Shown piece by piece: positions 1 through 9,100 of a DNA stretch of 64,000 nt (the stretch's first letter is position 1; each line of letters begins with the position of its first letter). The notes beneath the pieces were generated by a model that made no database searches, was not told where the DNA came from, and was given only the letters and a program-made list of their open reading frames with translations. This stretch comes from an uncultured virus (IMG/VR IMGVR_UViG_3300001765_000069). Lineage: Duplodnaviria > Heunggongvirae > Uroviricota > Caudoviricetes. Location: IMG/VR virus record IMGVR_UViG_3300001765_000069. The stretch is one strand, 5' to 3'. The position numbers were made by a program, and so were the translations under genes.

Positions 1-796
1 CCTTGTTCACTTCGAACACCCTCCCGGACTTCCTGTCCCCGATCACCACTCCCAGCAATTCCACTGCCCGCAAGCTGAGCGGCACATCTCTCTCCGTTCC
101 GTTCTTCGAGTCACGCAAGTGTAGGAACCGTTGCACCAGATGCACATCTTCTACTAGAACTTCAGTCACCTCGCCCAACCGCAACACAGCTTCCAGTGTC
201 ACGGCGAGTATCCACGGCACCCTGGCCCAGGCCTTGGCCGGGTAGTCCCGGTCGTCGAATCCGAAGTGAGCGTAGAGCTTGGCCACCTCGTCCGGATCAT
301 ATTTGCGCGTTCTGGCCTTGCTCTTGGGCGGACGAGCGACCTCGACGATGGGGTTGTGCTTCATCGGGATGCGCCACTCGTTGATGGCATGGCCGAATAT
401 GCCGGAGATCAAGCCCATCTCGCGGCGCACGCTCTCGCTGGAGATTTCCTTCAGGCGTGCATCCCTCCACACTCTCAAGTCCTCGACCAAGTCGTCAGCA
501 CAGCTTCGCTGCATGAATTTGGCTGTCCTGATCAAGCGGTTGATCCGAACCTCTTCCCATTTCTGACCCTTCTTGGCGATCGAGACCTCATCTCGGTATT
601 TCTCGAACAGATCCTTGACAGTCGTTGACCGAGCCTTGTCAATAGGCCTGAACTCATTCCGATGCATGCGTGCTTCAACGTCAATACCCCATGCCTCGGC
701 CTGGGCAAATGTGTCGAAGGATGCAGTCTGCAAGGGGAACCCAACTCGGCGCACTTGCACATTCCAAGTGTCGCCACGCTTTCTAATCGTTGCCAT
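1..796 (-). CDS. int: Tyrosine integrase (Rci/shufflon-recombinase-like phage integrase), 3' end outside the window
   Basis: Missing from the ORF track because it runs off the edge. Manual translation from ATG 796: MATIRKRGDTWNVQVRRVGFP...VLRLGEV...DSKNGTERDVPLS (catalytic R and K motifs). Lies next to attP. Confidence 0.9.
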   Translation of the reverse strand, partial: MATIRKRGDTWNVQVRRVGFPLQTASFDTFAQAEAWGIDVEARMHRNEFRPIDKARSTTVKDLFEKYRDEVSIAKKGQKWEEVRINRLIRTAKFMQRSCADDLVEDLRVWRDARLKEISSESVRREMGLISGIFGHAINEWRIPMKHNPIVEVARPPKSKARTRKYDPDEVAKLYAHFGFDDRDYPAKAWARVPWILAVTLEAVLRLGEVTEVLVEDVHLVQRFLHLRDSKNGTERDVPLSLRAVELLGVVIGDRKSGRVFEVNK

Positions 797-804
797 CTAA
801 TCAC

Positions 805-1041
805 CTGTCACTCTAACCAGTCACAGTCATTGTGACACAGCTGTGACAAACTAGGTTGAGTGAATTGTAAGTGCTTGTTTATAAAGAGCGTTGCACTCCT
901 TATTCTATGCCTCTCCTGGGCACCACTATACTACCAAAATCCCAACTCGTGTGAATAAAATCAACGAGTTGGGATCAGCGGTAGCTATACCAAGCTATAC
1001 AAAACTATATGTGACTGTGACAAAAGTGTGACAAGTCACAG
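805..1041. promoter_or_regulatory. attP arms: integrase arm-type sites, IHF site, probable Xis repeats
   Basis: TGTGAC/GTCAC clusters on both sides of the core (805-850, 1010-1041). IHF consensus AATCAACGAGTTG at 959-971. Inverted repeat ATCCCAACTCGT/ACGAGTTGGGAT at 939-975. CTATA repeats ~10 bp apart at ~985-1010. Confidence 0.7.
910..925 (+). other. attP core (3' end of tRNA-Leu, probably the CAG isoacceptor)
   Basis: CCTCTCCTGGGCACCA ends in CCA and matches my recollection of the proteobacterial tRNA-Leu(CAG) 3' end. The rest of the tRNA is absent. It lies ~115 bp from the int start. Confidence 0.8.
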
Positions 1042-1581
1042 CGGCGGAAGGTCGTATGCCTTTCTGGCCAACTTCCAGTATCTCAGTCTGTCTTCGTGGC
1101 CATTGTAACCACCATTGATACGACGAGTGATTTTCCTAAATGACTCTAACGTGTCTTCATCTGCAAGTTGATTCAGTCCACGCTTGCTCCAGTACCAGCC
1201 AGCAATCTTGAATCCAACTTCAACAGTGGCAGCGAGTTTAGGATTACCTTCGAGGTCAATACCGAGTGCTGCTCCGGCTGCTCTATAGTTGGCCCTGCCA
1301 GTTACCTGGATAGGGCCTCGGCCTTTGAACCTGCGCCCGTCACCAGGCTGAGTATTTCCAAGGTCAACTCTGCCCTCGTAGGCTGCACCGCTAGCTATCT
1401 CCTCCCAGTATCGGAGTTGGCCAGATTCGTGAGCAAGCTGAGCAAGGAATGCCGCCTGCCTGCCCGCTGTGTTGATCTCGCTTATCTTCATCGCTTCAGC
1501 GAGGTGAGGAAGGTATGCCGTAGCTTTGTCAACACGTAGCTGCGGCATAGTTGATTGGAGTAGTGAAAGCCCAATGAGCAT
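1036..1581 (-). CDS. Glycoside hydrolase family 19 endolysin
   Basis: AAFLAQLAHESG, FKGRGPIQVTGRANY and ITRRINGGYNG motifs. True start is likely MLIGL at 1581; the upstream part of the track ORF overlaps the next gene. Confidence 0.9.
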   Translation of the reverse strand: MLIGLSLLQSTMPQLRVDKATAYLPHLAEAMKISEINTAGRQAAFLAQLAHESGQLRYWEEIASGAAYEGRVDLGNTQPGDGRRFKGRGPIQVTGRANYRAAGAALGIDLEGNPKLAATVEVGFKIAGWYWSKRGLNQLADEDTLESFRKITRRINGGYNGHEDRLRYWKLARKAYDLPPL

Positions 1582-1597
1582 GTTCTTCCTTGTTAAG

Positions 1598-2083
1598 TTA
1601 CACCGCCAAAACTGCCTCGACCGTGGTTGCCGCCTCAATCGCCGCCTTCCGTGCCCAGCTGGTTGAATACGCCAACTGTGTTTGCGCGGCAATGGCGCCG
1701 GCAATGGCCAGCAGGTCGGCCAGCGTAGCCACCGGCATATCACTGTTATCGACGTCTCGCCAGGACGGTGGCAGCGGCAAACTATTCGACGCCAGGTTGA
1801 TTGCGCCGTTGAGTAAGTCTTGACTAGTCTTGTCAGCCTGCCAGGTTCGCCCGAGGGCGACGACGTTGGCGTAGCGTTGTGCGTCGCGTTCGCGTTCGAT
1901 CTGTGCCAGCTTACTGGCTTTGGCTTCTTCCATTGTAAGCACGACAACAGGCGTGGCGAACGCCTCACCGTCCCAGGTGTAGCCGATGCTGGCTTGCGTA
2001 CCCTCTGCCAGCTCGATGCCTTCTTCTCCGCCGACGACGATGTTGGTCACGATGCCGTCGGTGATGATTGCTCTGGTCACCAT
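1598..2083 (-). CDS. Tail fibre assembly/chaperone protein (DUF4376-like)
   Basis: IGYTWDGEAF motif, WRDVDNSD motif, C-terminal KAAIEAATTVEAVLAV. Directly downstream of the tail-tip gene. Confidence 0.7.
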   Translation of the reverse strand: MVTRAIITDGIVTNIVVGGEEGIELAEGTQASIGYTWDGEAFATPVVVLTMEEAKASKLAQIERERDAQRYANVVALGRTWQADKTSQDLLNGAINLASNSLPLPPSWRDVDNSDMPVATLADLLAIAGAIAAQTQLAYSTSWARKAAIEAATTVEAVLAV

Positions 2084-4629
2084 ACTGTCACCTTACACTT
2101 GCCTGCGCCGCCAGCGGCGGAATTACACTGCCGCCCACCACCGCCACCTCCGCCTGGAACACTGCCGGCTATGGCTGCCAAAGAAAACGCGCCACCAGCG
2201 CCTCCATTACCTCCAAACTGGCTTACGCCGCCAGCTGGGGTTACCGCTCCGCCACCGTTTAGTGCAGATCCGCCACCACCGCCGCCGCCGTAGGTAGAAT
2301 CTCCACCCTTGTCAAGTGTTTTGACCAGGAACGCGGCACCTCCACCACCTGCCGCCGCTGCCGAAGTAGCCGGGACTTTAATGGTGTCCGACAGGTATCC
2401 TCCATTTCCACCTCCGTGCTGTCCCGCCACGGTGGAAAAACCAATGGCCGATAGGTTGCCTCCACCTCCACCGCCGCCGCCTGGGTTCGCATTTATAGCC
2501 GATGTAGTATCACCAGAACCCGTTGACAGGAACGAGCCTCCACCACCTCCATAAGCTGTTGCATACACGCCGAACGTCGTATTCCCGCCGCTGTTTCCTG
2601 GCCCGTACATAGACACCCCCGCACCGCCAGCGCCGACTGTCACCGCCACGGTAGCTGGAAGAGCACCTATTGCCAGCCATGTGGAGGTATAGATGCCACC
2701 ACCACCGCCTCCTCCAAGACTGTACCCGCTGCCCCCACTGCCGCCGCCGCCCCAGCATTCCACCAGAGCCAAGCGACCACGCGCCGGCTTCGTCCACGTC
2801 CCGCCAGAGGTGAATGTCTGGACATCTAGAGGAAGATCAGTCGGCTGAGACCCTGTGGCAGTTACCGTGTGAGTCCCCGTTACCCAGGCTGATGCGCCAA
2901 CCGCATTGACCGACCGAATCTTGATTTCATATTCTGCGCCGGTTTGCACGGGTGACAGGTAAACCGATGACTCAGTGGTTGCAACGATCGTTGTCTGCCA
3001 CGAAGTCGCGGGAGATTCAACGCGCCTAAACCAGACTTCAACTTGATGTGCATAGGCATCCGCCAGCGTCCATGAAGCGTGCAGGCGCGGGATGATGATG
3101 CCATCCGGATTGATGATGGCGTGCGTTACACCGCTCGCCAGCGTGAGTCCAGTCGGTGCCAGCGGCAATTTGTAAAGCGGCAGGTTTGTGGACGTACTGT
3201 ACCGAGGCGCGACCAGGGCGTCGTAAACATACACGCTGTAGTCGTATTCGTTGCAAATAACCTCGACTTCATCCGACGACATCAGCGAGATTTTGATTAT
3301 CCGAAACAGCTTGTTGGTCCATCCTGGCGTGCTGTGCGTAATGTTCACCACATCACCGACCTCGCATAACAGGCCGGCGATGGTGGCCCTGAACGCGCAG
3401 GAAATTCCAAAACGTGACTGCTTCAGGTGCATGTCCGTCAATCGCTGGGTCTGGAATGGGCTGGTCACATACGGATATTCAATCTCGGCTTCGAGCATCA
3501 GCCCGTTGTCTGCCGTGCGGAATGTGGGTGAATCCCTGACGATCATGCCGGCCTGCCAGCCATTCTCTGGATCAACCCAAGTAGCGCGGACACGGTTGAA
3601 TCTGCTACGTTTATCGCCCAGCTTGATCGACCATGAGCCAACGATGTTGGATTCGTTGAACGTGAACGATGCCGTTTCTGGCTTGTCGATGCGCAGCTTG
3701 TACTTGCCACCCGTGAAGACAAGCATTCCGCGGCAAGTTGTCAGCAGCTTTTCTAGGTTGTCCAGCGCCGGCTGGCTGGTATCGATGACCGCGTTGCACC
3801 GGTAGCGATATTCTGTTCCGCTGGGCTCAATGCCTAGCACATCATCGCAGTAATTTGCGGCAGCGATGAAGCTGGTGTCGTCAATGTCTCCGGACGATAT
3901 TCCACGCCCGAATCGGGTGTTGATCAAGTAGTCGCGGATGCAAAGTGCCGGGTTATCAGACCATAAAGTCGTGCTGGTGCGTGGGTCGTAAATCTTGCGG
4001 CCATAAACCAGTGCAGTAACGGTGGGAACTTGCTGAAAAACTTCGGGATCGTGCCTCAATGCAAGCCATGTGTAGGCAACGCCACTCAGTTTGTGAGCGG
4101 ATGTCCAAATGTCTGGTATTGCATCGATTAGTCTGGCCTCGGCTGTCTGTGCATCGGCGCCAAGGTAGCAAATAGACTTCCTAACTTCGCCGCCAAACTC
4201 ACTGTAGTCTTTGCCGTCAAGCTGTAGGTCTGTCGTGTTGATCTGTAGGTTTTCACCCTCGCAATGGGCCACCACTAGGTGCAGATATTCATTGGTCTCG
4301 TCTGCCCAGCCAACATCGGCATATCCTGATTTATCCGATACATGAGCAAGTACGCGGGCGCCGCCTACTCGCCGCTTTCCGTACACCACAGGAATGGCCT
4401 CGACCGTGCTTGATTGATTGACAAGTATCGCCTGCGCAGCACCGCCCAAGCTTTGCTGGGTTGGTTGCTTGATGAGCGCCTTCGAAAGCAATTGCGACCC
4501 AACAAGCGCGATGCCGGCATACGTCAGCCCGTAGGCGACGATGCCGAGCTGGATCGTGGTTACTGTTGCGACCGCTGCGCCAACACCGACGGCCGCCCAG
4601 GTGGCGATTGCGCTTACTGCCCAGACCAT
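2077..4629 (-). CDS. Central tail-tip/host-specificity protein (TipJ-like) with FN3 domain and Gly-rich C-terminus
   Basis: IPVVYGKRRVGG, GRKIYDPR, SDNPALCIRDYL motifs; FN3-like YEIKIRSVNAVG; TFTSGGTWTKP followed by poly-Gly tracts. Likely start MVWAV at 4629. Confidence 0.88.
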   Translation of the reverse strand: MVWAVSAIATWAAVGVGAAVATVTTIQLGIVAYGLTYAGIALVGSQLLSKALIKQPTQQSLGGAAQAILVNQSSTVEAIPVVYGKRRVGGARVLAHVSDKSGYADVGWADETNEYLHLVVAHCEGENLQINTTDLQLDGKDYSEFGGEVRKSICYLGADAQTAEARLIDAIPDIWTSAHKLSGVAYTWLALRHDPEVFQQVPTVTALVYGRKIYDPRTSTTLWSDNPALCIRDYLINTRFGRGISSGDIDDTSFIAAANYCDDVLGIEPSGTEYRYRCNAVIDTSQPALDNLEKLLTTCRGMLVFTGGKYKLRIDKPETASFTFNESNIVGSWSIKLGDKRSRFNRVRATWVDPENGWQAGMIVRDSPTFRTADNGLMLEAEIEYPYVTSPFQTQRLTDMHLKQSRFGISCAFRATIAGLLCEVGDVVNITHSTPGWTNKLFRIIKISLMSSDEVEVICNEYDYSVYVYDALVAPRYSTSTNLPLYKLPLAPTGLTLASGVTHAIINPDGIIIPRLHASWTLADAYAHQVEVWFRRVESPATSWQTTIVATTESSVYLSPVQTGAEYEIKIRSVNAVGASAWVTGTHTVTATGSQPTDLPLDVQTFTSGGTWTKPARGRLALVECWGGGGSGGSGYSLGGGGGGGIYTSTWLAIGALPATVAVTVGAGGAGVSMYGPGNSGGNTTFGVYATAYGGGGGSFLSTGSGDTTSAINANPGGGGGGGGNLSAIGFSTVAGQHGGGNGGYLSDTIKVPATSAAAAGGGGAAFLVKTLDKGGDSTYGGGGGGGSALNGGGAVTPAGGVSQFGGNGGAGGAFSLAAIAGSVPGGGGGGGRQCNSAAGGAGKCKVTVW

Positions 4630-5045
4630 GTGAGGCTCCCTTGCTGGTTGAGGGCTTCGAACTCCGCCGCCGTGCGCGTGGTGAACTGCTCGCGGACAAT
4701 CTCCGGGTCTTGTTCTTCGGTGGCGTGCACCGTCATCCAGACACAATCCGTGTGGGCGTAGGCGATGCGCTTGGTGCCGGCTGGGCTGACCACCACAAAC
4801 GGGGCCTTGACGCGCTGGATGCCGGCTTCCGTGAGCACCGAGATTTCACCGGATAGCAAAATATTCAGGTTGCGGTATTTGTGGACAGCACCGGTCAGGG
4901 TGGTGCCAGCTGGGATATGCAGCTCGCGGGCAAAAACGCCGTCGCTGTAGTGATGTTCCACGCGCATTTCTACTTGTGGCAGTTCGAGCATTTGGCGCTC
5001 GATAGCCTCGACTGCATCGCGGGTGAGGGAGGTTACTTGCCCCAT
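4614..5045 (-). CDS. Cupin-fold-like conserved phage protein
   Basis: GVFARELHIPAG...GAVHK...LLSGEISV...PAGTKRIAYAH pattern. Overlaps both neighbours. Confidence 0.6.
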   Translation of the reverse strand: MGQVTSLTRDAVEAIERQMLELPQVEMRVEHHYSDGVFARELHIPAGTTLTGAVHKYRNLNILLSGEISVLTEAGIQRVKAPFVVVSPAGTKRIAYAHTDCVWMTVHATEEQDPEIVREQFTTRTAAEFEALNQQGSLTWSGQ

Positions 5046-5599
5046 TTCAGCTCCTTGCTGGATACTTGCGCCACATATTCAAAGCCGAGGTCGCCGGGAA
5101 ACCAGATCTGTTGTTCTTCGTGGTTGGTGTGCCGGCCTGGACGCCTTTCGAAATCCACCCAATGCGATGCGGCGGAGAACGTCACCGTGCAAGTGCCGTC
5201 GTCCGGGTTCTCGCTTATTTCTGGCGCATCACATCGGCCGTCGAAAATGGGCAGCGGGTCCACGATCACGGCCAGGTTGGCGCCGAGAAACGCCTTCCTG
5301 ATAACCATTCTCCGGTCGATGTAGTTGTAACCAAGGAACAGCGATATGTAGGTCTGATCGACACCGGATTGAGTCAGCTTGACGCTGTTGACCTGCAAGT
5401 CTGTGGTTTCTTCAATGTTGGAATATTCGAGGAAATGCCCGAGCGCCGAGTAGTTGTTGCCGCCCCATGTGATGTCACGATAGGCGTCCGTGCTGCGTGC
5501 CGTGATGCCGTCCAAGTAGATTTCGAACAAGTGGAACGGGCGATTGGCCGATAGTGCAACCTCTGAAATGACCGCCGCTGATGCGCCTCTGCCTGACAT
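5033..5599 (-). CDS. Tail-tip/baseplate hub protein (DUF2163-like)
   Basis: IFDGRCD and C-terminal QQIWFPGDLGFEYV...LKWGK. Position after the distal tail gene. Confidence 0.7.
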   Translation of the reverse strand: MSGRGASAAVISEVALSANRPFHLFEIYLDGITARSTDAYRDITWGGNNYSALGHFLEYSNIEETTDLQVNSVKLTQSGVDQTYISLFLGYNYIDRRMVIRKAFLGANLAVIVDPLPIFDGRCDAPEISENPDDGTCTVTFSAASHWVDFERRPGRHTNHEEQQIWFPGDLGFEYVAQVSSKELKWGK

Positions 5600-6195
5600 C
5601 AGACCACCTCAATCAGTTTGCATGCGTAGTTGGTGATGAACGGCGCAGTCACGCCAACCTCTTGCGTGTCCGAGCCCATCGCTACGGTAAACGGCACGTT
5701 GGTGTGTGTTACAGCGCTGTTGTCGGCAACCGAGGCATATAAAGCCGGCTCGATGCTCAGTGTTGCCTGCCCGCTGACATTGCTGACGGCATCCGCGGTC
5801 AGCATGTACACTTTGTTGTGGCTTGCGAATTTGACGAAATCGCCGGCTTTCAACACGGTCTGGCTGATCGCCCAGCCATCAGTTTGAACGCTGCGGCCGC
5901 TGGCGGTGGCGCCGTTGACCAGTACAGTGCCGCTTGCCGCAGCCTGGGCTGTGCCAAGCACTGGAGGGATGAACGTAAACGTCTCGTACTGCCCCTTTTG
6001 AGCCATCGCGAAAGCCAAGATTGGCGCAAGTTGACTCCTAGCGAGCATGCTCCAATCAAGATCGAACGCCCATTGCTGCGACGTGCCACCGCGCACTTGG
6101 CGCTTGAGGTTATGCGCAACGCTGACCCTGGTTGGCTGCAAGCTTCTCAGCACTATAGATGATGGCGGCGGGGTGGTTGGGAATGTTCCGCTCAT
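5599..6195 (-). CDS. Distal tail protein
   Basis: First gene after the tape measure. LKAGDFVKF...KVYMLTADA...IEPAL motif. Confidence 0.65.
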   Translation of the reverse strand: MSGTFPTTPPPSSIVLRSLQPTRVSVAHNLKRQVRGGTSQQWAFDLDWSMLARSQLAPILAFAMAQKGQYETFTFIPPVLGTAQAAASGTVLVNGATASGRSVQTDGWAISQTVLKAGDFVKFASHNKVYMLTADAVSNVSGQATLSIEPALYASVADNSAVTHTNVPFTVAMGSDTQEVGVTAPFITNYACKLIEVV

Positions 6196-6197
6196 GT

Positions 6198-9100
6198 TTA
6201 GAAACTCGGTGATGTACGGTTGCGAAGCATCGCCTCACGCACAGCGGCGATAGCGGCGGGCTTGAGGTTGGCGCTGATATTGGTGACTGCTGATTGCAGC
6301 CGTGCCACCGTGCCGGCGTCGGCCCCGGTGGCGTCGATGTTGAAATTCATCGTCACCTGCATGCCTTCTTCACTTCTTCCACCACCTTGCGCACGCACGC
6401 CAAGGTTGCCGTCTGGGCCTCGCGTCAGCGGCATGATCGCCTCCGGACCCGCTTCGCCCATGACGCCCCCGTTGGCGAAGGCGAACAGGGTCGGCTTGTT
6501 CACGATCTGATTGCGCCAGGCTGAAACGCCACCCGGGACTCCACCTTGGGCGAAGCCGAAGAAACTGGTTGCCATCATCGCCAGCGGCTTGGTGATGCTT
6601 TGCTGAATCATCATCCGAATCATGTCGCTGATGATGCTGTCTGCCATGCTCTTGAAGTCCAGCTTGCCGGTCTGGGTAAAGCTGACCAGGGCGTCTTCCA
6701 TGCCTTTGAAAGCACCTGCCACACCGTCGGCGGTGACCTTTGCGATGTCCACTGTGGTATTTGAATATTGTTCTAGGCCTTTACGGATGCCGCTCAGCAT
6801 GTCGTCACCAGTATTCGCCGCTGCAGCTGCAGAGGCCCCGGCAGCAGTCTGGGCTTCCTGAAGCTTCACGAGTGCAGCAACCGTGCCGTTGATTTCATCA
6901 ATTCCCTGATCGTGAAGTTCCAGCGACCAGGCTGTAACCTCATTGCTGCCCAGGATGCTGTCCTGAAGTTGATCGTACTCAGCTGTCAGGCCCCTCAGAC
7001 TCTCAATTTTGGCCGCAATCTCCGAGGCGTACTTTCCTTCCGCATCGATTCTAGCAGAAGACATCGCAGCTTGATTCGCAGTCATCGGCGCCGACTTATT
7101 GGCCAGCTTCTTGACCTCGGTGGCCGACTGGGCATTCAAGCTCGTGAGCTTCTCGTCCGACTTCCTCATCTCGCGTGTGAACGCTTTCTCTCGCTTGGCG
7201 TTGGCGTTGGCGATGACCGCCTCAGTCTCGTTGTTCAGGGTGGTGATGGACTGCTCACGCGTCAGCATCTCCTTTACCAACGCGTCCGTGCGGGTGGCAT
7301 CTCTATTGCCGATGCCAGCAAGCTCCCGCTCCAGCCGCTCCATCGCTGTAACCTGAACTTCAAGTGTGTCTGCCAGCTGTCCGCGCAGTGAGTTTTCTGT
7401 CAGTAGTGCCGCACTGAACTCACCGATGTCGCCGGCCGCGGCCTGCTCAACCACCAGCGCACGATACTTGTCAGCCTCGGTGTCAAGTGACTTGATCTTC
7501 AGGTCTGATTGATCTGTGAAGGCCTTGGTGGCTGCGGCCATGTCGTAGTTCTTCCGCTCCAGTTTGGCGGAAGCGGCCACCAGTTCCAACTCCGCAGCCA
7601 TCCTGGACTTCTGTGCAGCCGTGGCGGTCCCGATAAGCTTGGTCCGATCAGCCTCAAACCCAGCGAGCTTCTTCTCCGAGGCTGTCAGGTGCCCTTGGTT
7701 TTCTATGGCCTCATTGGTGACCTCGTTGTACTTCACCATGGAGTCAATGAGCGTTTGGACAGGGTCTGATTTGGACTGCTTACCAAAGGCTTTTAATTCG
7801 TCTGGTGTAATCGTCTTGGTCCCGGACGCTGGCTTCTTGGCTTTCCTAGCATTGTTAGCCTCGATCTGAAGTGCGTCCTTCCTTCTATTTGCAGCCTGCA
7901 GAACCGTTAGTTCTCCGTGAGCCAGTTCGTTGGCCTTCTTCTGCACCAGCAAATTTTTGTAGGCAGCAACCTCTTTTATGTTGGAGTCAATACTGACGCC
8001 ACGGCTTACTAACCGCTGACCTTCTTGCCAACCTGACTTCGCTTCAGTAGCAGCTTTGAGTTGCTTGTCACTGACTGCCAAAGCCGACTTAGCAGAATCC
8101 AGCTTTTCCTGGTTTATCGCCTTCCTATAACCTAGTTCTTCTTCGAGTAGCCGGATATTCTCCAGCACGGCATCACCTTCCCTACGAAAGATTGAACCAA
8201 CCTGACCACTGTGGTCGATAGCTTTCTTCGTCTCGGCATTAAGGTCTCTTTTGGCCTGCATAAGCAGGATAATTGCCGCAGTGAGACCACCAACTACCAC
8301 CGTAACCCAACCCACAGGGTTAGCCAGCAAAGCCGTATTCATGGCGATGGCTGCGCTTCTTGTGGCGGTAAGTGCCGCCCCGAGGGAGAGAACTCCACCT
8401 GCAGCGAGGCCTCCTGCCACTCCGTACGAAGCCATCAGGCCCGACCCAGTGGCATACGCTGCGCTCAGTCCAACCTGCGCAGCCAACGACGCCAGAGTAG
8501 CCGTCCTGAGAAAAGTGAAAGCCGCAATCACGCCGGTTACCACAGGAATTATTGTGGCCATCACAATCCGCCCAGCGTGGAATAGCAACCAACTTTGAGC
8601 AACGATCTTTATGAGGTTGAAGTTGTCTACCAATAACTTCATCACCTTGACAATAGCGGTGGACACGCCTACCAGCGCGTCTTTCATCTCAGAAGAGTTA
8701 AGGGCTGACTTAAGGCTGTCAACAAACCCAATAACATACGGCTTGGTCGACTCGTAAGCGGTCTTCATCGTAGCGTGGTACACCGCGCCCAGATTCCGGA
8801 ACTTACCCTCGACTGTATCGCTAAGTTCAATCATCGACTTCGTCAGAAACCCGCCGGAGTCGTCAATCTCTTTCATCAGTTCGCGCCAACCCTCAGCGGT
8901 TCTGGCAAGGATAGCCTGTGCGGCCTTATTGCCTCGTTCCCCGAAAATACTAGACGTGAGCAAGTTTTGCGACTGCTTATCGTAATCCTTCAGAGACACT
9001 CTAAGCTCACTCATAACCTTGGTGACGCTTTTAGCCCTACCGTCAGACTCATACATATTAAGGCCAAGCGCCTTGAAGGCTCTCTGGGCTTTTTCTGTAG

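Noticed and set aside
1..796. Shufflon/invertase system suggested by the Rci-like recombinase
   Set aside because: No sfx-like inverted repeats or alternative fibre C-termini seen. The adjacent attP explains the enzyme as an integrase.
900..930. Complete tRNA gene
   Set aside because: Only the last 16 nt match. No D arm, anticodon arm or full T arm upstream.
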